From positions 3,828 through 27,827 of the forward strand of contig JBBRYO010000008.1 of the NCBI GenBank assembly GCA_038237595.1: a stretch of DNA of 24,000 nt, given 5' to 3'. This DNA is from Candidatus Limnocylindrales bacterium. Its GTDB lineage: Bacteria; Chloroflexota; Limnocylindria; Limnocylindrales; CSP1-4. Position 1 is the first letter of the stretch. Each line of letters starts with the position of its first letter. A program made the position numbers and the translations under genes. The notes beneath the pieces are model-generated. The model did not search any database and was not told the DNA's origin. It saw only the letters and a program-made list of their open reading frames with translations. Positions 1 to 9,477 of this stretch are shown here, in pieces.

Positions 1-395
1 GCGAGCTCATCGTCCTGACCGAGACCGGGCGCGGCAAGCGCACCGCGCTGACCGAGTTCAGGCAGAAGCACCGCGGCGGCCAGGGCGTTCGCCTCATCCC
101 GCTGGAAGGCTCCAAGACCGGCAACGTGGCCGCCATTCAGCTCGTGACCGAGGAGGCCGAGGAGCTGATGCTGATCAGCGCAGCCGGCCAGGTCGTCCGC
201 ACCGACGTCCACAGCGTCAGCCGCCAGAGCAGCTCGGCACGCGGCGTGATCGTGATGCGGCTCAACGAAGGCGACGAGGTGGCCGGCATTGCGGTTTTCC
301 GCGCAGGCTTGGCGGAGCAGCGCGGGATGGCCGACAATGACGACCCCGGCCTCGATGGCGGTGAAGGCCCGGGGAGTAACGGAGCAGGTGAGTGA
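1..395 (+). CDS. gyrA: DNA gyrase subunit A, C-terminal fragment (5' end lies outside the window)
   Basis: The frame opening at nt 3 reads ELIVLTETGRGKRTALTEFRQKHRGGQGVRLIPL...ELMLISAAGQVVRTDVHSVSRQSSSARGVIVMRLNEGDEVAGIAV. These are the repeated GyrA C-terminal beta-pinwheel blade motifs (GxGKRT, GRGGxG, QGVxxxxL). An acidic/Gly tail follows, with TGA at 393-395. Confidence 0.85.
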   Translation, partial: ELIVLTETGRGKRTALTEFRQKHRGGQGVRLIPLEGSKTGNVAAIQLVTEEAEELMLISAAGQVVRTDVHSVSRQSSSARGVIVMRLNEGDEVAGIAVFRAGLAEQRGMADNDDPGLDGGEGPGSNGAGE

Positions 396-420
396 TCTTC
401 AGATCCGCCGAGGACGCGGC

Positions 421-1509
421 ATGAGCGCCTTCGGCATCACCGAGCCGAGTCGCGTCGGGGAGACGCTGGATCTGTACACCGGCAACGCCAACCCCAGGCT
501 GTCGAACAAGATCGCCCGTTACCTTGGCATCCGGCTGGGACGTTGCGAGGTGTTCGAGTTCGCCAACGAGAACATCTTCGTGAAGATCCTCGACAACGTC
601 CGCGAAAAGGACGTGTTCCTGGTCCAGCCCACCTGCTCGCCCGTGCAGAAGTCGATCATGGAGCTGCTGATCATGATCGACGCCTTCAAGCGCGCGAGCG
701 CCGGGCGCATCACGGCCGTCGTCCCGTACTACGCCTACGGCCGTTCCGACAAGAAGGACCAGCCGCGCGTCCCGATCACCGCCCGGCTCGTAGCCGACAT
801 GATCAGCGTGGCGGGCGCCGACCGGCTGCTCACCATGGACCTGCACCAGGGCCAGATCCAGGGCTTCTTCAACATCCCGGTGGACGAGCTGACCGCGGTC
901 CACCTGCTGAGCAACTACTTCATCCACAAGGATCTGCACGACATGGTCGTGGTCACCGACCTCGGCTTCGCCAAGCGTGCCCGCACGTTTGCGGAGCTGC
1001 TCGACGCCCCCCTTGCGATCATCGAAAAACGGCGCCAGGACAACGACGATCGTGCCGAGGTCCTGAACGTCATCGGCGAGGTCAAGGGCAAGCGCGCGAT
1101 CGTCGTCGACGACGAGATCGACACGGCCGGCACCCTCATGGAGATCACTCGCGCGCTCGAGCGGGAGGGCGTCACCGAGATCTACGCCTGCGCCACCCAT
1201 GGCGTCCTTTCGGATCCTGCCGTGGATCGGATCCGCGACTCGAACCTGACCGAGGTCGTGGTCACGGACACGATCCCCGTGCCGCCGGCCAAGCAGCTGC
1301 GCAAGATCAAGGTCCTCTCGGTCGCGCCGTTGATCGGTGAGGCCATCAGCCGCATCCACGGCGGCGAGTCCGTCGGCGCGCTTTTTTCCTCTGAGATCCA
1401 GCTCGTGCAGGAGATGCTCCTGTGGGGCGACACCGGGGATGAAGAGGAGCCGCCCTTTCCGGAAGCCGTAGAGCCGGGTGAAGTGATTCCAGCCGGATCC
1501 AACGCCTGA
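421..1509 (+). CDS. prs: Ribose-phosphate pyrophosphokinase (PRPP synthetase) with an extra acidic/proline-rich C-terminal tail
   Basis: ATG at 421 lies 6 nt after GAGGA (410-414). Prs hallmarks are present: FANENIFVKILDNVREKDVFLVQ, VVPYYAYGRSDKKD flexible loop, RAIVVDDEIDTAGT PRPP loop. The upstream part of the 289-start ORF overlaps gyrA and was discarded. Confidence 0.9.
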   Translation: MSAFGITEPSRVGETLDLYTGNANPRLSNKIARYLGIRLGRCEVFEFANENIFVKILDNVREKDVFLVQPTCSPVQKSIMELLIMIDAFKRASAGRITAVVPYYAYGRSDKKDQPRVPITARLVADMISVAGADRLLTMDLHQGQIQGFFNIPVDELTAVHLLSNYFIHKDLHDMVVVTDLGFAKRARTFAELLDAPLAIIEKRRQDNDDRAEVLNVIGEVKGKRAIVVDDEIDTAGTLMEITRALEREGVTEIYACATHGVLSDPAVDRIRDSNLTEVVVTDTIPVPPAKQLRKIKVLSVAPLIGEAISRIHGGESVGALFSSEIQLVQEMLLWGDTGDEEEPPFPEAVEPGEVIPAGSNA

Positions 1510-1537
1510 ACCGCCACCCCATCGAACGGGAGCCCTG

Positions 1538-1768
1538 ATGTCACTCCAGGCAAAGCCACCGACGCCCGATGGCAGCATCGAACGCGCCCCCGGCGTCAAG
1601 CGCGACTACCGCCGCAGCCTGCGCTCGCGGCGCTGGGCAGCGGCCGAGCTGGCAAACCCGGAAGTGAACACCGCCAACCCGTGGCTTGCCGTCGGGCTGA
1701 TCGCCCTGCTCGCGGCGGGGACCTTCGTGATCCTGGTGCTGGGGTACGCGACGCACTTCTTCGGTTAG
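1538..1768 (+). CDS. Small hypothetical membrane protein (76 aa; basic N-terminus, single C-terminal TM helix)
   Basis: ATG is preceded by GGGAG at 5-nt spacing. Third codon positions are strongly G/C. Hydrophobic segment PWLAVGLIALLAAGTFVILVLGY. No family recognised. Confidence 0.6.
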   Translation: MSLQAKPPTPDGSIERAPGVKRDYRRSLRSRRWAAAELANPEVNTANPWLAVGLIALLAAGTFVILVLGYATHFFG

Positions 1769-1784
1769 CCGCGCGCCGCGCGGC
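1768..1784. terminator. GC-rich hairpin between convergent genes (candidate bidirectional terminator)
   Basis: GCCGCGC (1768-1774) / GCGCGGC (1778-1784), 7-bp stem with 3-nt loop, between the 1538-1768 (+) and 1806-2456 (-) stops. No U-tract. Confidence 0.3.
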
Positions 1785-1805
1785 GGATGAATGGCCGCCG
1801 GCGGG

Positions 1806-2456
1806 TCAGTAGCCGAGCGACTCGCGGACCAGGATGACCGTCGTGCGTCCGGGAGTCGCCTCCTGGTTCACGACCAGCAGCTTGCCGACCAGGCTTCCCA
1901 TCCCGTAGGCGACACGTGCCCGCGCGTCCTCGAGCGGAAGGCTGTGCTCATCGATGCGGCGAAACGCCTCGTCAAGGTCCGAAACGATCTTGTTCGTGCC
2001 GGCGACGATGATCACCCTGCCCGCCCCGGAGGCATAGGGACCGAGCTGGCTGCCCGACATGGACGCGGTCACCAGTGACCCCGTCTCCGTGACGGCGTGG
2101 ACGCTGCCCAGCATGTACGCGGGTGCGCTCGTGAGCTTGCGGATCTCGGCGCCCTGGGTCGTGCGGTCCATCGAGAACATGCGCGGCCGCACTGCGTCGT
2201 AGCGACCGGAATGGTTGATCTCCGCCGTGACGCCGATCTCGTCGAGGGTCGTCGAGGAGGCGTGATGGACTTCTGCGCCGTCGGGGATCAGCGCCAGGAC
2301 GGCCTCACGCGCGGCGGCGGCATCGTCGACGACGTGGACGTCGAACCCGTGCTCCCGGAGCGCGCTGACGGTCGATTCGACCTGGGCTTCAGTTGCCGTT
2401 GCGCTCCAGAGGGCGCCGGCCTCGACGATCGGGCGAGCGAGAGTGGTGCTCGACAT
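1806..2456 (-). CDS. LUD-domain protein (LutC/YkgG-like, lactate-utilisation-protein family)
   Basis: 216 aa. The layout resembles LUD/DUF162 proteins (GFDVHVV...AEVHHASSTTLDEIG...VIIVAGTNKIVSDLDEAFRRI...). AGGAG sits about 8 nt upstream of the ATG at 2456. Confidence 0.75.
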   Translation of the reverse strand: MSSTTLARPIVEAGALWSATATEAQVESTVSALREHGFDVHVVDDAAAAREAVLALIPDGAEVHHASSTTLDEIGVTAEINHSGRYDAVRPRMFSMDRTTQGAEIRKLTSAPAYMLGSVHAVTETGSLVTASMSGSQLGPYASGAGRVIIVAGTNKIVSDLDEAFRRIDEHSLPLEDARARVAYGMGSLVGKLLVVNQEATPGRTTVILVRESLGY

Positions 2457-2536
2457 GGGATGTAGCTCCTGTTCGTTCTCGGCGCTGGAGACTGGTGCAG
2501 CCGGTCAAGCCCGGCCTGTCCGTTGCCGTTTCATTT

Positions 2537-2583
2537 GTTGCAAGCGCAACCATATGCCCAGATAGTTGGGCTGTCAATAGTTG
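2537..2583. promoter_or_regulatory. Array of GTTG(C)/(G)CAAC half-sites in the LUD-MarR divergent spacer (candidate MarR operator)
   Basis: Perfect inverted repeat GTTGC-aagc-GCAAC at 2537-2550. CAAC (2547-2550) faces GTTG (2565-2568). Direct repeat ATAGTTG at 2562-2568 and 2577-2583, the second overlapping the annotated TTG start. Confidence 0.3.
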
Positions 2584-3135
2584 CAGCCAGAACTGCCGTA
2601 CGCGTATGCTTGCCTCGTGACCGAACGAACCACGGCAACGGAACGCGACCTGGACGCGGCACTCGGTCAACTCCAAGGCGGAGAGCGCGGCCGGCCCGGC
2701 ACGCCGGCCGGCGAAGCCTGGGGCGCCTTCCTGCGGGCTCACGCCAGCCTCATGCGGGTGCTGGACAGCGAGCTCGTGCGTGACGCCGACCTGTCGCTCT
2801 CCGATTTCGACGTGCTCATCCAGCTCGGCATGGCCGAGGGCGCGCGCCTGCGCATGAGCGAGCTGGCGCGACAGGCCCTCATCAGCCGCAGCGGCATGAC
2901 GCGCCGCGCCGGACAACTCGAGGAGCGCGGTCTCGTGACGCGCCAACCCGATGCGTCGGACCGGCGGTCGGTGGTCCTCACCCTCACCGACGCGGGGGCG
3001 CAGGTGCTGCGAGGGGCGCTGCCCATCCACTTCGGCGGCGTCCACGCGCATTTCCTGGATCGCCTGACCGACGATGAGCTCAACCAGCTCCGGGAAGTTC
3101 TCGAGAAGGTCGTGATCGACTGCGACTTCGGCTAG
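2581..3135 (+). CDS. MarR-family transcriptional regulator
   Basis: Winged-HTH MarR pattern: LSLSDFDVLIQLGMAEGARLRMSELARQALISRSGMTRRAGQLEERGLVTRQPDASDRRSVVLTLTDAG. Start is uncertain: TTG 2581 or in-frame GTG 2617, neither with a clear SD. Confidence 0.85.
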   Translation: MQPELPYAYACLVTERTTATERDLDAALGQLQGGERGRPGTPAGEAWGAFLRAHASLMRVLDSELVRDADLSLSDFDVLIQLGMAEGARLRMSELARQALISRSGMTRRAGQLEERGLVTRQPDASDRRSVVLTLTDAGAQVLRGALPIHFGGVHAHFLDRLTDDELNQLREVLEKVVIDCDFG

Positions 3136-3958
3136 TCGAGCAGGCGCTCCCGGAGCCGCTCGATGTCCTCCGGCGTGACCCCGCCGCCCAGCAGGTATGC
3201 CTCGGCGCTCCCGTACTGCTCGCGGACGTGGCGCAGCGTGTCCAGCATGGCGTCACGCGTTGGCGTGGCGAGCCAAGTGAGGCGCTCCCGCTCAGCTGGA
3301 TCGCTGCTCATGCTGTCCAGCCACTCGGAGATGAGGGGCGAGAGGTTCGCGGCGGTCACGGCGTAGTCGTCGGCGATCGCCTCATCGGGAACCCCCGCCA
3401 GTGACAGGAGGATGGCCACGATCGCTCCCGTGCGGTCCTTTCCAGCGTGGCAGTGGACGAGGACGCCGCCGTCGGGCGCACGAGAGATCGTCATCGCGAT
3501 CGCCGCGAGACCGCGCCGGTGGCTGTCGATGTCGAGGCGGTTGAGCTCCTCGCGACTCCCCGCCGCCTGGTACGCAGCTCTGATCTCGATGTCGCCATCC
3601 GGGCCGCGGCTCGTGTTGAAGGGCACGTTGGTGTAGCTCGGCTGGTCCGGGTCCGGGAGCCCGCCCCGGAAGGGATAGGTGTCGCCGTCCTGCGCCACCT
3701 CCTCGGGGAGCCGCACATCGACGAGGGTCTTGATCCCGTGCCCCACGAGCGCCTTCTGCCCGGCCGGGGTCAGGCGCGGCAGCAGGTCCGAGCGGACCAG
3801 GGCACCCCAGCGGATGCGTCGCCCGTCAGCCGCCGGCAAGCCACCCAGGTCGCGGGCGTTGAGCAGCCCTTCCCACGCCAGGTTGCGAGATCGGGGTGAA
3901 TCAGATGCCGGCTGGCCTTCCTGCCTGTCGTCGGGCGAGAGTCCGGGATCGCCCGAGG

Positions 3959-3974
<16 letters not shown>
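3132..3974 (-). CDS. Protein-tyrosine phosphatase, Y_phosphatase3-like (CX5R active site)
   Basis: NARDLGG motif and HCHAGKDRTG (HCxAGxDRT P-loop). Only the 3' part of the 537-aa ORF is credible. There is no ATG/GTG/TTG in frame between the secA stop (3959) and the conserved domain, so the nearest canonical start is GTG at 3974, inside the secA 3' end. Confidence 0.8.
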
Positions 3975-7000
<3,026 letters not shown>

Positions 7001-7009
7001 GGGACGGGA

Positions 7010-7015
7010 AGTATA
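7010..7015 (-). promoter_or_regulatory. Candidate -10 box (TATACT) 9 nt upstream of the secA ATG, which would give a leaderless or near-leaderless mRNA
   Basis: The minus strand reads cgcgccTATACTtcccgtcccATG. No SD lies between the box and the ATG. No convincing -35. Confidence 0.3.
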
Positions 7016-7045
7016 GGCGCGGAGCTGTTTTCCCGGCCTTACCCC

Positions 7046-7074
7046 TTGAGCAAGAGCGCCTCCCTCCCTATACT
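7046..7074 (+). promoter_or_regulatory. Candidate sigma70-type promoter for the Cys-rich ORF/prfB operon
   Basis: TTGAGC (7046-7051), 17-nt spacer, TATACT (7069-7074). Sits in the 164-bp secA-divergent spacer. Confidence 0.4.
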
Positions 7075-7164
7075 CGGTCAAACCCGCCGGAGGTAGCCCT
7101 CCAGCGTCGTCATACGGTCGGGGTCCTGCCCAGATCCCGACCCTGTGAGGGGAGAGAGGGTGTT

Positions 7165-7416
7165 GTGAAGCCGTTCCCGGCGGTGTCGACCGAGGTTGAG
7201 CTCGGCGATGAATCGTTCACCGATCTCATTGCCTGCGAGCGCGATTGCCGCAGCTGCAGTTACGCGGCATGGCTCGATTGCGACGGCAACTGTGGAGTCT
7301 GCCCCCACAACGGCTATTGTCCGTGTGTGAACCCCGTCGTCGCTCGGAGCAAGACCGCGTTGAAGATCATCGAACTGCGGCCGATCCTGCTCCAGGACCT
7401 TCGCGCGAGGAACTAG
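7165..7416 (+). CDS. Hypothetical cysteine-rich small protein (83 aa; C-x3-C-x2-C-x7-C-x3-C-x2-C-x5-C-x-C)
   Basis: GTG 7165 lies 4 nt after the purine tract GAGGGGAGAGAGGG (7147-7160). 66 of 83 codons end in G/C by hand count. Sequence: VKPFPAVSTEVELGDESFTDLIACERDCRSCSYAAWLDCDGNCGVCPHNGYCPCVNPVVARSKTALKIIELRPILLQDLRARN. TAG 7414-7416 is immediately followed by the prfB ATG. No family recognised. Confidence 0.6.
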   Translation: MKPFPAVSTEVELGDESFTDLIACERDCRSCSYAAWLDCDGNCGVCPHNGYCPCVNPVVARSKTALKIIELRPILLQDLRARN

Positions 7417-8530
7417 ATGGAGCACGCGCTCATCCGCGACCTCGCCGCTCGGATCCATGCGACCTCGGGGAGGCTTTGACCTCCCCGTAAAGGAAGAGCG
7501 CCTGCGGGCGCTCGACGAGCAGACCAGCGCACCCGATTTCTGGTCCGACCAGCGCGCGGCCCAGTCCGCTCTGCGCACGGCCGAGAGCCTGCGGGACGAG
7601 CTCGGGACGTGGCAGGACCTTCGCTCGCGCGCGAACGACCTGCTGGAATTGGCCGACCTGGCAGACACGGATCCCGAGCTGGAGTCAGGCGTGGAGGGCG
7701 AGTACGAGACGCTCTCCCGGGACTACGACACGCACCGCACGAGCCTGCTGTTCAGCGGTCCCTACGACGATCGCAGCGCGATCATCTCGATCAGCGCCGG
7801 TGCGGGCGGCACCGAAGCCACCGACTGGGCCGAGATGCTCCTTCGCATGTACTTGCGCTGGGCTGAGCGGCACCGCTACGGGACGGAGATCCTCGACCAG
7901 CTCGAAGGCGAGGAGGCCGGCCTGAAGAGCGCCACGGTCGCGGTCGAGGGACCCTCCGCCTACGGCTTCCTGCGCGCCGAGCGTGGCGTGCACCGCCTGG
8001 TGCGCATCAGCCCGTTCGACTCGCAGAAGCGGCGCCACACCACCTTCGCGCTGGTGGAGGTGCTGCCCGAGGTGGCCGATGACACGGAGGTCGGCGAGAT
8101 CCCGGACGACGATCTCAAGATCGACACGTTCCGCGCGCAGGGAGCGGGCGGGCAGCACGTCAACAAGACCGACTCGGCCGTTCGCATCACGCATCTCCCC
8201 ACCGGCATCACCGCGCAGAGCCAGAACGAGCGGTCGCAGCACCAGAACCGCGAGCTCGCGATGAAGATCCTGCGGGCGCGGCTGCTGGAGCAGCGCATCG
8301 CGGAACGCGAGAAGGATCTGGCGAAGCTGCGGGGTGAACACGTGGAAGCCGGCTGGGGCAACCAGATCCGCAGCTACGTCCTCCACCCCTACCAGATGGT
8401 CAAGGACCACCGCACCGAGCACGAGACCAGCGACACGGCCGGGGTACTCGACGGGGAACTGGATCGCTTCATGCTCGCCGAGCTCGAGCGCCTGGCCACC
8501 GAGAGCGGAGTGGGGGCGGACGCAGCTTGA
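7417..8530 (+). CDS. prfB: Peptide chain release factor 2, made by programmed +1 frameshift: join(7417..7476,7478..8530)
   Basis: Frame 0 reads MEHALIRDLAARIHATSGRL then in-frame TGA (7477-7479). The +1 frame continues DLPVKEERLRALDEQTSAPDFW... and contains the RF2 SPF tripeptide (RISPFDSQ) and GGQ (AGGQHVNKTDSAVRITH). GAGGAA sits 4 nt upstream of the ATG. Confidence 0.95.
7466..7480 (+). promoter_or_regulatory. RF2 autoregulatory +1 frameshift site (internal SD-like GGGG, 3-nt spacer AGG, then CTT TGA C)
   Basis: tcGGGGAGGCTTTGAC aligns position by position with E. coli AGGGGGTATCTTTGAC: the GGGG run, a 3-nt spacer, the slippery CTT, TGA and the following C. Confidence 0.9.
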
Positions 8531-9477
8531 GCCGCGCCGCGCCCGCATACCGGCCCATCGAGCCGGCCGACATCGAAGCCTGCCTCGAGATCTTCTACGC
8601 GGCCTCGGAGGACCTCCACGCCCGGCAGGGCCAGCCTGTACTGCCGCGCAACCCGAGGCGATTGCGCGCCCTGTTCGAGCACCTGTTGAGGACAGACCCC
8701 GAGCGGGCGTGGCTGGCGGAATCGGGTGCCGGCGGTGTGCCCGTCGGCTTCGGCATGGCCCACCGGCGCGACGGTCACTGGTTTCTGGCGTTCCTCTTCG
8801 TGCTGCCCGACTGGCAGGGGCAGAAGATCGGCCGCGAGCTCGTCGAGCGCTGCCTGCCGCCGGCTGCCGAGCGCGACCGGATGGCCGTGTGCGTGGAGTC
8901 CGTGCAGCCGGTCTCGACCGCGCTGTACACAACGTTCGGGATGACGCCACGGGTGCCGCTCTACGTGATGACGGGGTCGCTGAAAGCGGGCGCGCTGCCG
9001 GATGGGGCGAACTCACCGGGCGGGCTCGAGGCGCTCGCCTTCGAGGCGCTCGCCGGCGACGGGCCCGGCGGCCACGCGCAGCTGGCAGCTCATGTCGGGA
9101 CGCTCGATCGCGAGCTGCTCGGTTATGAGCGGCCCGAGGAGCACCGCTTCTGGCGGACGCTCGAGGCGAAGGGCTTCCTGTACTTCCGAGGCGGCGAGAC
9201 GGAGGCGGCCGGCTACGGCTACGCGGAGGCGAGCGGGCGAGTGGGTCCCGTGGCCGTCCGGGACCCCGATCTTCTGCCCAACGTCCTCGGCCACCTCGTG
9301 CGGGTCGTGAAGCCGCTGGGCGGTTGGCAGGTGATGGTGCCAGGCCCGGCGCGCGAGGCGTGGCTGCCGCTGCTCGGGGCCGGGCTGCGGATCGACGGCC
9401 CACCGGCGATCTACAGCTCAACCTGGGCTGGCCCGCCGTTCGACCGCTACCTGCCCCTCAACTTCGCGCTGCTGTGA
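8527..9477 (+). CDS. GNAT-family N-acetyltransferase (N-terminal GNAT fold plus a C-terminal domain)
   Basis: YRPIEPADIEACLEIF...FLFVLPDWQGQKIGRELVERCL (Q/RxxGxG/A-type acetyl-CoA loop). TTG 8527 is the only plausible start and overlaps the prfB TGA (cTTGA). Confidence 0.8.
   Translation: MSRAAPAYRPIEPADIEACLEIFYAASEDLHARQGQPVLPRNPRRLRALFEHLLRTDPERAWLAESGAGGVPVGFGMAHRRDGHWFLAFLFVLPDWQGQKIGRELVERCLPPAAERDRMAVCVESVQPVSTALYTTFGMTPRVPLYVMTGSLKAGALPDGANSPGGLEALAFEALAGDGPGGHAQLAAHVGTLDRELLGYERPEEHRFWRTLEAKGFLYFRGGETEAAGYGYAEASGRVGPVAVRDPDLLPNVLGHLVRVVKPLGGWQVMVPGPAREAWLPLLGAGLRIDGPPAIYSSTWAGPPFDRYLPLNFALL

Noticed and set aside
262-1599. 445-aa minus-strand ORF antisense to prs. Similar long alternate-frame ORFs include 543-1340(+), 3901-4683(-), 4388-4969(+), 5924-6958(+), 7685-9421(-), 9447-11456(-), 11882-12679(-), 13051-14208(+), 15004-15801(-), 15789-16946(-), 16574-17662(+), 18540-19847(-), 19931-21412(-) and 22006-23076(-).
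   Set aside because: All lie opposite or out of frame to genes with unmistakable conserved motifs. They translate to Arg/Pro/Ala/Gly-rich low-complexity sequence and are the expected stop-codon-poor shadow frames of high-GC DNA.
7001-7081. TTG 7081 as the secA start (ORF-track start, adding MTEYREGGALAQGVRPGKQLRAYTSRP).
   Set aside because: The conserved SecA N-terminus (MRRILSRLVGGSNE...) begins at ATG 7000. The extension has no SD and would consume the divergent promoter region. It is kept only as an alternative.
7165-7416. Reading the Cys-rich ORF as a RiPP precursor (acidic leader plus Cys-rich core) or as a radical-SAM enzyme because of CX3CX2C.
   Set aside because: No maturase, radical-SAM, cyclodehydratase, lanthipeptide-synthetase, protease or exporter gene is nearby. 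At 83 aa it is far too small for a radical-SAM enzyme. The roughly 30-residue non-Cys C-terminal tail is atypical for a RiPP core. The idea is kept only as a remote possibility.
7457-7476. ATG 7457 as the prfB start (MRPRGGFDLPV...).
   Set aside because: The SD-CTT-TGA-C frameshift cassette and the upstream ATG 7417 with its own SD explain the locus in the canonical way. ATG 7457 is simply in the +1 frame upstream of the shift site.
7078-7668. 196-aa minus-strand ORF spanning the secA-prfB spacer.
   Set aside because: It overlaps both the well-supported prfB 5' end with its frameshift site and the Cys-rich ORF. It has no SD and an Arg/Ser-rich composition, so it is a shadow frame.
8527-9477. 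Identifying the 316-aa GNAT as mycothiol synthase MshD (similar length, two-domain GNAT).
   Set aside because: The sequence does not resemble the MshD sequence I recall, and the second half lacks a clear acetyl-CoA loop. A generic GNAT call is all the sequence supports.
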